The notes below the pieces were generated by a model. That model ran no database searches. It was not told the origin of the DNA and worked only from the letters and a program-made list of their open reading frames with translations. From Nitrospirota bacterium (GTDB lineage Bacteria > Nitrospirota > UBA9217): DNA of 64,000 bases. Shown here in pieces: positions 1 through 9,434 of this stretch (its first letter is position 1; each line of letters begins with the position of its first letter). The translations under genes were made by a program, and so were the position numbers. The stretch spans positions 54,199 to 118,198 of the forward strand of contig CAVVOB010000014.1 of NCBI GenBank assembly GCA_963749655.1, in the 5' to 3' direction.

Positions 1-839
1 ACCCCTGAATCGGTAACTCTTTGGTAGAGGGTATAAACGTCCGCACTGCCGCTTACAGCCTCCGGCAGGTCGTAGTAGAGAACGGCATAGCTGATTTTCG
101 ATGACATTTGAACGCTGTAGGATTGTACCTGTATAGTTCCGGCTCCGCCCTCCAGAGAAATCGTCTTTGAATTCCTGACCGGTTCGCCGGGCATCGAAAT
201 TCGGAAACCGGCGCCATCAGGCGCGACATCCCGCCAGTCAGCGGCCTTGGCAATGTCCGCTGCGGGAAAAAGATTCGTCTGGCCTTTCTTGCCTATGAAG
301 ATCAGCGCTGTCAGAGCTCCGGCAACAAGACATGCGGCAACGACAGGCTTCCAGGCAAGCCCGTCGCCGTCGGTCTCCTTGTCCTTATGATAGGCGAATG
401 TGCCCCTTACGCCATTGAACAGGAAGTAGCCGAAGATCGCTGCCGCGCCTAATCCCGTATATTTACCCGTTTCTATTGTCATGAGGATCTTGCTGATGAT
501 GAAGTAGAAAAACAGCAGCAAGGCAGCAGTCCTGTTCTTTTTGTAGACACCGAACGAAAGAAGAAAAATGAAGGCCACGTCGAGGAGGTCCCAGGCCGTA
601 TGACTCAGGACCGGATAGCCCCACAGTGCGGCGATCACAAAGGCCAGGGTGACAAAACCAATGAATGTTCCCAGCTGCCAGGCCTGCCGGATGGCTTTTT
701 CCGTTGCCTCCGAGTCGCCGTCGTCCGTGGACTGCTCGTCAGCGGGCAGGTCCGGCTGTTTTGAGGGCGTCTCTCTGGACCGGGACATCCGTTCGGCTTT
801 CCAGCGTTCGTATTCATCACGGCTGTTGAATTGGGACAT
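1..839 (-). CDS. membrane protein, 3' part cut off by the window edge
   Basis: Minus-strand frame stays open from ATG 837-839 (GGAGGA 6 nt upstream) to position 1. It is absent from the ORF track because no stop lies in the window. Acidic N-terminus, then hydrophobic segments (FIGFVTLAFVIAALWGY, LLDVAFIFLLSFGV, AALLLFFYFIISKIL), then a soluble part. Confidence 0.6.
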   Translation of the reverse strand, partial: MSQFNSRDEYERWKAERMSRSRETPSKQPDLPADEQSTDDGDSEATEKAIRQAWQLGTFIGFVTLAFVIAALWGYPVLSHTAWDLLDVAFIFLLSFGVYKKNRTAALLLFFYFIISKILMTIETGKYTGLGAAAIFGYFLFNGVRGTFAYHKDKETDGDGLAWKPVVAACLVAGALTALIFIGKKGQTNLFPAADIAKAADWRDVAPDGAGFRISMPGEPVRNSKTISLEGGAGTIQVQSYSVQMSSKISYAVLYYDLPEAVSGSADVYTLYQRVTDSG

Positions 840-910
840 TGTAAGTCCTCCGGGTATGGATGGAGCGACCCTGCCGCTGCAGGCGGCACAAGGAACTAGG
901 GCTTATCGTG

Positions 911-1378
911 TTATTTCGATGTTACGCCATGATCGCCCAGAATTTTCCGTATCGCGTTGCTTATGGATTTTGTCTCTGTTCCCTCAAGGATCAGGAACGT
1001 CACTCTCTTATCGCCGCGAAACATCGGCAGCGTCACGGGTTGCGTGTGAATCTGCCTGGTGGAACCTGGGTCATGGATATCTATGTAAAACCAGATCCCG
1101 TCTGCGTCAGGATTGGGAACGCCGGAAACCCATCCGCCCCGACGTTTTGGCTCATGAGTTTTGAACTCATAGGAAATGCACAACCGGGCAGCGTCTGCGT
1201 TGTCCTTCACGGAAAAATTCTGCAATTGCGGGTACCGGTCCTTCAAAGCCTCGATATCCCGTCCGATGCCGAGGATCGCGTTTTCATGCGTTTCCTGCGC
1301 TCCAGCGAAAACACCGGAAGACAACAGCAGTGCGAAAACACATGCTGTCCCGGCGAAGGTGAACCTATCTGCAGCCAT
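911..1378 (-). CDS. secreted protein of unknown function (155 aa)
   Basis: Part of ORF 911..1438. The internal ATG at 1376-1378 is preceded by AGGAGA. Signal-peptide-like N-terminus MAADRFTFAGTACVFALLLSSGVFAGA. First gene downstream of motif promoter P1. Confidence 0.6.
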   Translation of the reverse strand: MAADRFTFAGTACVFALLLSSGVFAGAQETHENAILGIGRDIEALKDRYPQLQNFSVKDNADAARLCISYEFKTHEPKRRGGWVSGVPNPDADGIWFYIDIHDPGSTRQIHTQPVTLPMFRGDKRVTFLILEGTETKSISNAIRKILGDHGVTSK

Positions 1379-1594
1379 GAAGATCTCCTGGCGAAGGCGG
1401 AGGCGAGGCACGCTTTTCGTGTCAGTCTCGACCTGCACGCTAATGGTTTAGAACATGCTGCCGGTAAGAATTGATTTCCGGTATATAGAAACCTGCCACA
1501 TCTTTTGCTGTGTCCCAGGATTTTACTTTAGAGGAGCCCGGGCCGATGCCGGGACTCCAGCCGGGTTCATAGGTGTTAACAAAACATCGCCACA

Positions 1595-1651
1595 ACTATA
1601 TGCCTGTCATAGATGCCTGTCAATAATGACAAAAGGGTATTTTTAGGGTAG
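1595..1651 (-). promoter_or_regulatory. sigma70-type promoter P1 with upstream TACCC direct repeat
   Basis: Reverse complement reads CTACCCTAAAAATACCC-N11-TTGACA-N17-TATAGT. The -10 is at 1595-1600, the -35 at 1618-1623, and the repeats at 1635-1640 and 1646-1651. Confidence 0.55.
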
Positions 1652-1875
1652 ATAATGGTATGCCGGGGACATCGAAGCATGTCTGCGGGTCGTGTCAAAA
1701 ACTGCTGTAAGCGGACAATCAGGCCGTGGCGCCGCGGCAAAAGACCCCGGTCCTGCCCAAAATCTTCTAAAATCCTTTATACTTGAAGTGAACCCTCCGC
1801 GACTGCAAGCGGAGCGCTGGTGTTCGCGAAGGGGGACGGATTTCCTCCACGGGGAACCTGCCCAAGGACACAGCC

Positions 1876-3213
1876 ATGAGCGATCAGCTGATCCGGAACC
1901 TCGATTTTCTTCACATTCTTCTGGAAGCAGTCCCCTCCTGCCTTTTTGTCATGGATTCGGACCTTCGCGTACTGCACCTGAATTCGGCTGCTGCGCGTAT
2001 GGCGGGCTCGGATCAAACAGTGTTCATGCACCGGGGCGGCGAAGTGCTGCACTGCATCCACGCTTCGGAGACGCCCGGCGGGTGCGGTCAGGCGGTGCTC
2101 TGCCGCGAGTGCCTTATCCGCAACAGCGTGCGCAAGGCTGTAACTGGAAGCCGGATACACCGCGAAACCACGAAAATGAAGTTCATCACGCCGGAGGGCG
2201 CGTCCGAAGTTCACCTCCAGATCACCTCGTCCCCCATCATGTACGAAGGAAACAGCTATGCGCTTCTCGTCATCGAAGACATCAGCGAGCTCATGAAGAT
2301 CCAGGAGGCGCTCCAGGACAGCGAGGTCAGACTGCGGAACATTTCGTCCGTGCTCGGAGAAGGGGTCTATGTCCTTGACCGGAACAATTGCCTGACCTTC
2401 ATGAATCCGGAGGCCGAGAAGCTGCTGGGCTGGACCGAAGCGGAGCTCCTGGGAAAAAAGTGCACGACGTCTTTCACCATCAGCGGGCCGACGGCACGAG
2501 CCTGCCCGCGGCCGAATGCCCGGTGCACAATACCGTCCTGACCGGCGACACATACCGCTCCGAGGACAACACGTTCCGGCACAAGAACGGAACGCTGTTC
2601 CCGGCTGCCGTTGTCGCAACGCCGCTCCTGGAGCACGGTCGGATTCTCCGGCTCCGTGACCGTGTTCCACGACATAACCGAGCGCAAGCACGCTGCCGAT
2701 CAGCTACGGCAGCTCAACGAGCTCCTCGCGCGTCAGGCGACCACCGACCCGCTTACGGGCATCGCGAACCGGCTCAAGCTCAACGACATGCTGTCCTCTG
2801 AAATTCGCCGTTCGCGGCGCTACCATCTGCCGCTCTCGCTGATCATGTTCGACATCGACCGGTTCAAACGGATCAACGACACTTACGGACACCACACGGG
2901 CGATTGCGTGCTGAAGAAAATCGCCGGCCTGGTGACGAAGATCGTACGGATCCACGACCTCTTTGCCCGCTGGGGAGGCGAGGAATTCATGATCATGGTG
3001 ACAAACTCTCCGCTGGAGAACGCCCGTCTGTTTGCTGAAAAGCTGCGGACCCGGATGGAAGAACACGCTTTCCCCGGCGTCGGCCGGGTGACCTGCAGCT
3101 TCGGCGTGGCTCAGTTCGTCTGCGACGAAACCGACGACCTGTTCACCCGGCGCGTGGACGAAGCCCTCTACCGGGCAAAGGCCCAGGGGGGAAACCGGGT
3201 CCAGACCGGGTAA
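1876..3213 (+). pseudogene. PAS-PAS-GGDEF diguanylate cyclase, reading frame broken twice
   Basis: The protein continues across three frames (ORFs 1876..2541, 2388..2801, 2611..3213). Junction 1: ...AELLGKK then VHDVFHHQRADG. Junction 2: ...LLEHGRI then GSVTVFHDITERK. C-terminal GGDEF motif is RWGGEEF. The shifts lie at the A6 run 2454-2459 and near 2648-2653. Confidence 0.8.
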
Positions 3214-3248
3214 AGTCCTGCCATCCCTTCCCCCTTCCCCAAGAACGT

Positions 3249-3276
3249 TTGACAGACTCCGTTAGAGCTATACTTT
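3249..3276 (+). promoter_or_regulatory. candidate sigma70 promoter of the repeat lipoprotein gene
   Basis: TTGACA at 3249-3254, then TACTTT 16 nt downstream (or TATACT at 14 nt), about 30 nt before the GTG start. Confidence 0.35.
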
Positions 3277-3305
3277 AAACAGGCAGAAGTTGCGGGGAGG
3301 TAAAC

Positions 3306-4415
3306 GTGAAACCAACAGGGGCGATAGGGGTGGCTATTCTTCTCTCCCTCCTCTTTATCTCGTCCTGCGGAGGGAACGGGGGCGGAAAAACGCCGGTGAT
3401 AATTGTTAACCAGCTGGCCGTGGGTGCATCTGTGCGGGACACGGTTCCGCAGGGAGGGATCAACTATTACGCCGCAGCAGTCGTACCGGGAGCGCTGTAC
3501 AAGATCAGCATCACCGAACTGATCGACGACTCCGACCTGCTCGTCTTCGGAGCCGATGCCTCCCTGTCGCACCTCGCAACCTGCTCCATCGATACGACGC
3601 GCGTTTCCGGCACGACAACGCCGGAGGATTGCGTCATCGTTGCTTCCGCCAGTATGCTCTACTTCGGCGTTGATGGCACATATCTGACGACTGCGGGAGG
3701 GACCTATACGGTCGACATCGAGCGCCCGGGCCTTACCGGCGTCAACGCCTCCATCCCTCTCGCGGACACCGCAACGAGGACCGGACTGGGAATATACGCA
3801 GCGCCGGTCGTCCCCGGCCAGTCCTATACCATAGCAGTCACCGGACTGAACGACGATGCGGACCTTCACGTCTTCGGCGCCGACGGATCGTTCATGTCCC
3901 AGGCGTCCTGCTCCAGCGCCAACACGCAGATCATCGGGACCGCGCCGGAAGACTGCACGATCACGGCCACCGGAAGCACCCTCTATTTTGTGGTCGACGG
4001 TCTGTTCAGCTCCGCCTCGACCGTGTCCTACACCGCCATCGTTGCGTCTGCGCCGTCCGTTGCCGTTCCTGCAAATCAGGGTTCTATTGTCTCGCCCTCC
4101 AGCGTAGCCGTTGATGCTCCTCTCACCACCGGACAGGTCGGCTCGGCAGGAGACAGCTTCTACATTGTGTCCGGCCTGACATCGGGAGCGCGGTACACGG
4201 TCACGATAGCAGGCCTGACAGGCACCGCCAACCTCACCCTGTTCGGTAGCGACAGTACCTTTACAACGCCTGCCGCGTGCCTGATCGACAACACCTTCCT
4301 GGCAGGCACCTCGCCCGAGGCATGCACCCTTACTACAACAGGCGCGCTGTACTTTACCGTAGCGGCAGGTCCGAACAGCTCGGCCTATGTCGTTCTTGTT
4401 TCCCCGGGGCACTGA
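3306..4415 (+). CDS. lipoprotein with three tandem ~110-aa beta-sandwich repeats (PPC-like)
   Basis: GTG start behind GGGGAGG. Lipobox LLFISSCGG. Three repeats each carry DD(S/A)DL-x-VFGAD or TANLTLFGSD, followed by PE(D/A)C and LYF motifs. Confidence 0.7.
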   Translation: MKPTGAIGVAILLSLLFISSCGGNGGGKTPVIIVNQLAVGASVRDTVPQGGINYYAAAVVPGALYKISITELIDDSDLLVFGADASLSHLATCSIDTTRVSGTTTPEDCVIVASASMLYFGVDGTYLTTAGGTYTVDIERPGLTGVNASIPLADTATRTGLGIYAAPVVPGQSYTIAVTGLNDDADLHVFGADGSFMSQASCSSANTQIIGTAPEDCTITATGSTLYFVVDGLFSSASTVSYTAIVASAPSVAVPANQGSIVSPSSVAVDAPLTTGQVGSAGDSFYIVSGLTSGARYTVTIAGLTGTANLTLFGSDSTFTTPAACLIDNTFLAGTSPEACTLTTTGALYFTVAAGPNSSAYVVLVSPGH

Positions 4416-4589
4416 CCACGACAGGCTGGAACAAAAAAGAAACTGTGGAGTTTTTTACGGTCTTTACCCCGATATCGTCCAGGTACAGGATGGGATAAAC
4501 TTCTTCAAGCGGCCGGTTCTGCTACAGCGTAATCTCCTCAGTGACTGCATCGGTGACCTGAGCGATATGAGTGGACAAACCTGCAAAGG

Positions 4590-5726
4590 CTATCCCGACT
4601 TCCCAAAAGGACATACCGGATATCTGCACACGTCGCATTTCAGGCAGAGCCCGCCATGGCCAAGCTCAGCCAACTCGCGACGTCCGATTTTTTCTCCCGC
4701 AAGGATTCGCGGCAACAGGAGATCGAAAATCGTAGTCTTTGCGTACATGCCGCAGGCCGGAAGGCCGAGAATAGGAACGTCAACAGAGGGCAGAGTGCAT
4801 GGCGCAGAGGGCATGCTCCCTATGCTCTCTGCACTATGCGCTTTGCTCAGATACCCCACCAGGACCATGGCCCCCGGCAGGACCGCCGAGCCATAGGTAA
4901 TGTCCGTTGCACCCAGCTCGCGGATCGCGAACCGCGTGACGTCATCGGGGTCCACGGACATTCCGCCCGTGGTGATCAGCAGATCGGCCCCGGCCTTCAG
5001 CAGCTCCCGCAGCCTGTCCGCGATGAACGCCCTGTCATCGGGAGCGTAGTAGACTCCGACGATTTCCCCGCCGATATCCTCCATCTTTTTCGCAATGACC
5101 GGAGCGAAGGCGTCTTTGATCCTGCCGTTGTATACCTCATTTCCCGTGATCACGACGCCGGCACGGGGCCTGCGGATTTTCTTTACTTGAATTGTTCGCC
5201 CATTCCGCACTCCGCATTCCGCATTCCGCACGGCCTCTTCTACGATGCTTTTCTTCACCACCAGCGGAATGGCCCTCGCTCCCGCGACGGTCTGGCCTTT
5301 TTTGACAAGCGTATTTGTGTGAAGCGTTGCAGCCATGACCTCGCCCAGCATATTGAATGCAAGCAGCGCGTCACCATCTATCTTGAGGAGTCCGTCGCGC
5401 TCGGCAACAATGCTGATTTTGCCTTCCTTGGGCTCGCCTTTTATCGCGACACCTTCTCCCATGAGCGCGGTCGCGAGTGCAAAGGCCGCATCGTTTTCGT
5501 GCATCTCGTCCTCGGCGACCTGAAGCACGTAGAGATGCTCCTTGCCGAGACGCTGAAGATGACAGACGTCTTCTTCTCGGATAAGATGGCCTTTCTTGAA
5601 GGCGCGCCCCTTGAATTCGCCGGGCCTGATCTCGGTTATATCATGCGCAAGGACCGTGCCGACTGCCTGCGTTACCGGAATAGTTTTTATTGTCGAGCCA
5701 TGGGCTTCATGCGTCTCGTCACACAT
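4590..5726 (-). CDS. molybdopterin-binding domain protein (MoeA/MogA-like fold)
   Basis: 378-aa ORF with the motifs VVITGNEVYNGRIKD, LLITTGGMSVDPDD and a C-terminal Cys cluster. It lies downstream of the formate dehydrogenase accessory genes. Confidence 0.6.
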   Translation of the reverse strand: MCDETHEAHGSTIKTIPVTQAVGTVLAHDITEIRPGEFKGRAFKKGHLIREEDVCHLQRLGKEHLYVLQVAEDEMHENDAAFALATALMGEGVAIKGEPKEGKISIVAERDGLLKIDGDALLAFNMLGEVMAATLHTNTLVKKGQTVAGARAIPLVVKKSIVEEAVRNAECGVRNGRTIQVKKIRRPRAGVVITGNEVYNGRIKDAFAPVIAKKMEDIGGEIVGVYYAPDDRAFIADRLRELLKAGADLLITTGGMSVDPDDVTRFAIRELGATDITYGSAVLPGAMVLVGYLSKAHSAESIGSMPSAPCTLPSVDVPILGLPACGMYAKTTIFDLLLPRILAGEKIGRRELAELGHGGLCLKCDVCRYPVCPFGKSG

Positions 5727-5868
5727 GGAGGCCTCCCGTTCGGAGAAGTTTCAAATATCAAAGCGCAAATTTCAAAATAACAGCCAAATCCCGGGGTGAA
5801 GCGCCCAATGTCCGGTAATCCCCTTTTGGTATTCGAGATTTCCGTGCGATTTGTCTTTTATTCTTCGA

Positions 5869-6222
5869 CTAATCGAAGAATATCTCCCTGAACTTCCTGT
5901 CCACTATCTTTTGTATACCTCTCTCCAGCGCTCCGTATTTTTTCAAAAATTTTCGTGCTTCTTCGGTCAGCACTGCGCCGCCGCCGTTCTTTCCGCCTGC
6001 CTGCCGTTCGACAAGCTTCACGCCCAGCCGCTCTTCCATGGCCTTGATGTGGCTCCAGGCCTTGCGGAAGGATACATCGACTTCCTTCGCCGCCTGGTTG
6101 ATCGATCCGTGAGTGTCGATCGCTTCGAGCAGGAACCGCCGTCCCCGTCCAAACACGGGTTCCCCGCCTGCTTCGATCCATATTTTCGATCTGATGTCCA
6201 GCCCGTTATGACTTTTCTGCAT
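5869..6222 (-). CDS. ModE N-terminal-like winged-helix regulator
   Basis: ATG 6220-6222 behind AAGAGGTG. Sequence LLEAIDTHGSINQAAKEVDVSFRKAWSHIKAMEERLG matches the ModE/LysR-type HTH pattern. There is no Mop domain. Confidence 0.6.
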   Translation of the reverse strand: MQKSHNGLDIRSKIWIEAGGEPVFGRGRRFLLEAIDTHGSINQAAKEVDVSFRKAWSHIKAMEERLGVKLVERQAGGKNGGGAVLTEEARKFLKKYGALERGIQKIVDRKFREIFFD

Positions 6223-6895
6223 AGCGCACCTCTTTAAAAAAAACGCCCGTCTCCTTTGTCCGCTCCCCTGAGGGAAGCCGGGGGGGAGCCGGAGACATAT
6301 AGTATCCGCCATTGGCGCAGGGCGCGCACAGGACCTTCCCCTCCTGATGGATCTCTCTTCTGTCCTGGACCTGCTCGCCGCAGGAGTCGCACCGCACTCT
6401 TTGCAGGGGCCTGCCCGGCATGTCCTCGGGACGCATTTTGACGACGACCGCCATCATTTCGAAAAGCTCTGCGTCGTCCATGACCTTGTACGCTTCGAGT
6501 TGTCCCGCATATTTGCTCTCAACGTCGGGGAAGTATTTCTTCGCCTTCTCCCGTGACTCCTCCCTGGCGACAATTCTGATTGCTTTGTCTGTTTTGAGAT
6601 TCAGAAAGGTGGCTGCCATCTTGCCGTAGTCCATGAACTTCATGGTTCTGCGGCCGAGACTGCAGCCGGTCACCGACTGGACCGCGTCTGTGGCACACCG
6701 GTCCATCTCAACAAAGACAATGATGTTCTTCCGGTCCTTTCCTTTCGGGTCTAGAATGCCGGTTTCCCGAAGGCCAAGCATGGACATTCGGACGCCGAGC
6801 ACCTGGCCCGCGCAGAGGTGGCCGTGTATTCTGACGGATTCCGACAAGAGTCGTTGAAAATCCGGCAACCGGGTATGCAAGGGTGTCGTCTGCAT
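6206..6895 (-). CDS. FmdE family protein with C-terminal zinc ribbon
   Basis: IHGHLCAGQVLGVRM and FVEMDRCATDAVQ are typical of the FmdE domain. C-terminal CDSCGEQV...CAPC. Confidence 0.65.
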   Translation of the reverse strand: MQTTPLHTRLPDFQRLLSESVRIHGHLCAGQVLGVRMSMLGLRETGILDPKGKDRKNIIVFVEMDRCATDAVQSVTGCSLGRRTMKFMDYGKMAATFLNLKTDKAIRIVAREESREKAKKYFPDVESKYAGQLEAYKVMDDAELFEMMAVVVKMRPEDMPGRPLQRVRCDSCGEQVQDRREIHQEGKVLCAPCANGGYYMSPAPPRLPSGERTKETGVFFKEVRYAEKS

Positions 6896-6988
6896 CAGTA
6901 ATCTCCCGGTGATACCTATTTCTGTTTATCGATGATGATTGAAACCTGCGGGAAATGCAAATTCATGATTGCACCAGCCTGTGTGAGC

Positions 6989-7924
6989 TTACCGGTCGAC
7001 GCAGCCTCCCGGGTGGAACATCAGGTTCGGACCGCCTCGTGTCATGCCCGCTTCATTCATCAGCATGTCCAGGGGGAGCGTGGCCAGGTCGTCCGCCATG
7101 ACTTCCATCTGCGGGTCTTTTCCCAGGTAGAGCAATTTCAGGTAGGTATGACAGTCTCCGCAGCTCTCGATCTTGACCGCGCCGTTCGAGCCTTCCAGGA
7201 TATGGTAGTCGATCCCGCTGGTGGATTCGCAGGAGCTGCATTTGAGCCGCACCATGTGCCACTGCGAGGAGCAGAGGGAGCAGGACAAATAGCGCAGGCC
7301 CTGTTCGTTCCCGCCGCCCCGCACGATGCCTACGCTCGGCTGTGAACCGCACACGGGGCACAACCCGCCTTGTTCCAGTCTGTTGAACAAATCTTCTTTT
7401 AGCAGCGATGACGCCATATGCACCCAGTAAACCTGCAGTGCTGCTGCGACGAACGGCAGTTCCTGCGGAGAAACAGCAACCATATCTCCTGCCGATATCC
7501 GGTCTGCCGTATTCTCCAACACGGCTTCACTCGCCTGCGTCAAGCCGGCTACGGTTTCCTGTGCAGCCGACGGCAGGGCAACCTCTTTCATCAGCCACAG
7601 GATTGTCGTAAACGCCGTACGCCAGGCCGGATCCCGGCTCCAGGACCGTGCAGACAAGAGCGCCGCGCCGCGCTCGCGGCAGAGCTTCCTCTCATCAGGA
7701 CCAGGCAGAGGCGTGGCGGGAAAGAGATTCAAGGCCTCCTGCTGCGCCTCGGCAAGATGCGCCAGAAAAGCCAGGTAATCCCCCAGCGGATGATCTTTGG
7801 ACAAAGATCGAAGGCGCTCGGCGCGACGGCTGAACAGATCCCGGTGCGGGAGGAAGAGATAACGGATCTCTCCCCTGGGTGTTTCCAGCTGTCCGGGCTC
7901 GATGATGCGGGCCTCAGCGTTCAC
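6989..7924 (-). CDS. fdhE: formate dehydrogenase accessory protein FdhE
   Basis: CPVCGS...LRYLSCSLCSSQWHMVRLKCSSCES...ESCGDCHTYLK matches the E. coli FdhE Cys pattern. The GTG start 7922-7924 overlaps the fdnI stop as GTGA. Confidence 0.85.
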   Translation of the reverse strand: MNAEARIIEPGQLETPRGEIRYLFLPHRDLFSRRAERLRSLSKDHPLGDYLAFLAHLAEAQQEALNLFPATPLPGPDERKLCRERGAALLSARSWSRDPAWRTAFTTILWLMKEVALPSAAQETVAGLTQASEAVLENTADRISAGDMVAVSPQELPFVAAALQVYWVHMASSLLKEDLFNRLEQGGLCPVCGSQPSVGIVRGGGNEQGLRYLSCSLCSSQWHMVRLKCSSCESTSGIDYHILEGSNGAVKIESCGDCHTYLKLLYLGKDPQMEVMADDLATLPLDMLMNEAGMTRGGPNLMFHPGGCVDR

Positions 7925-8553
7925 TTCCCGCCTCCGGTCATCTCCCGGTACCATGCCGGGTGGTGCTGTTTAGCCCAGGCGCGCCTGACGTAGCCGTACA
8001 GCATGGCAGCTATGCTCTCCTTCATCCAGATGGCTGCATAGATGTGGAAGATGATCAGGCCGATTATGATTGCCCCGGCAGCCGCGTGCACGACTGAAGC
8101 GAAGCGGATGAGCCCGACCGGGAAGAGGAACGAGAAATAGGCGCGCCACATGACAATGCCGGACAGGATGAGCACGGCCATGCTGATAGACAGCGCCCAG
8201 AACAGGAGCTTCTGGCCGCCGTTGAACTTGCCGGCTTCCGGCATGTGACCGTCATCGCCGCCCACCAGATCGCGCACATGGTTCACCCATTCCCAATCAA
8301 TCGGAGTCATGACATTCAACTGCCGGTAATTGAAGTACTCGATGCCGAAGGAAATCGCCATCAACACCCCGATGAAAGGGTGGAGGATGCGCGTCCACGT
8401 GCCGCCGCCGAACAACTGGCTCAAGGGAAAGAAGGCCGGATGAAAGAACGAGAGCCCGGACAGCGCAAGCAGAATAAAGGTTATTGCCGTCAGCCAATGA
8501 TTGGCGCGCTCAGAAGAGGTATACCTGAGTATTTTATTCGGGTCATTTCTCAT
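7921..8553 (-). CDS. fdnI: formate dehydrogenase cytochrome b556 (gamma) subunit
   Basis: Four-TM b-type cytochrome. [19 protein letters not shown] and [12 protein letters not shown] align with E. coli FdnI. Confidence 0.85.
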   Translation of the reverse strand: MRNDPNKILRYTSSERANHWLTAITFILLALSGLSFFHPAFFPLSQLFGGGTWTRILHPFIGVLMAISFGIEYFNYRQLNVMTPIDWEWVNHVRDLVGGDDGHMPEAGKFNGGQKLLFWALSISMAVLILSGIVMWRAYFSFLFPVGLIRFASVVHAAAGAIIIGLIIFHIYAAIWMKESIAAMLYGYVRRAWAKQHHPAWYREMTGGGK

Positions 8554-9424
8554 TTTTAAACTCCTTCTCGATCTCTTCGGAGACCTCATTGGGACCCTTG
8601 GTTACATAGTGGATGAAGGCACCGAGTACACCCGCGGCAAGAGCAAAGGTGGCCAGCTGCTTGGCGCCGTCTTTCCACAGAGAGACCATCGCGCTGATGG
8701 AGGGATCTTTGGCGAGACCGCTGTAGTATTCCGGCTTGTCGGCATGGTTCAGCACGTACATCACATGGGTGCCGCCGACGCCCTGGGGGTTATAGATTCC
8801 CGCCTTGTCGAACCCCCGGCTTTTCAGATCAGCGATCCGCTCCTCGGCATGCTGCTGCATATCATCCTTTGTCCCGAATACGATCGCGCCCGTAGGGCAG
8901 GTCTTGACGCAGGCCGGCTCCAGCCCGACAGCCACGCGGTCGGAGCAGAGGGTACACTTGTAAACCTTGTTGTCCTTTTTCGACAGGCGCGGGATGTTGA
9001 ACGGGCAGCCGGTGATGCAGTAGCCGCAGCCGATGCAGTTCTCCTCATGGAAATCCACTATGCCGTTGCTGTACTGGACGATGGCGCCCGGCGCGGGGCA
9101 GGCCTTGAGGCAGCCCGGGTCTGCGCAGTGCATGCAGCCGTCCTTGCGGATCAGCCACTCAAGGCCGCGCTCGGTTTTTACTTCGCTGTAGCGCATCACG
9201 GTCCAGGAGTTCTCCGTCAGGTCCGCCGGGTTATCGTACACGCCGTGGTTCGTGCCGACGGCGTCGCGGGTGTCGTTCCACTCCATGCACGCCACCTGGC
9301 AGGCTTTGCAGCCGATGCACTTGGAGACGTCGATCAGCTTGACCACTTCCTGGGTCTGGCGCTGGCCCGGCGAGGGGGTGGATGTGGCGGAACGACGGAT
9401 GATATCAAGCGATTGAAGTGCCAT
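8543..9424 (-). CDS. fdnH: formate dehydrogenase iron-sulfur (beta) subunit
   Basis: ATG 9422-9424 behind AGGAGG. Four CxxCxxCxxxC-type ferredoxin motifs ([35 protein letters not shown]) and a C-terminal TM anchor. Confidence 0.9.
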   Translation of the reverse strand: MALQSLDIIRRSATSTPSPGQRQTQEVVKLIDVSKCIGCKACQVACMEWNDTRDAVGTNHGVYDNPADLTENSWTVMRYSEVKTERGLEWLIRKDGCMHCADPGCLKACPAPGAIVQYSNGIVDFHEENCIGCGYCITGCPFNIPRLSKKDNKVYKCTLCSDRVAVGLEPACVKTCPTGAIVFGTKDDMQQHAEERIADLKSRGFDKAGIYNPQGVGGTHVMYVLNHADKPEYYSGLAKDPSISAMVSLWKDGAKQLATFALAAGVLGAFIHYVTKGPNEVSEEIEKEFKNEK

Positions 9425-9434
9425 GATCCGCCTC

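Noticed and set aside
3221-3254. The C-rich tract GCCATCCCTTCCCCCTTCCCCAAGAACG before a TTGACA, considered as a sixth regulon site.
   Set aside because: It lacks the ATACCC core, and the tract abuts the -35 instead of being 11 nt away. It is mentioned only as a weak similarity.
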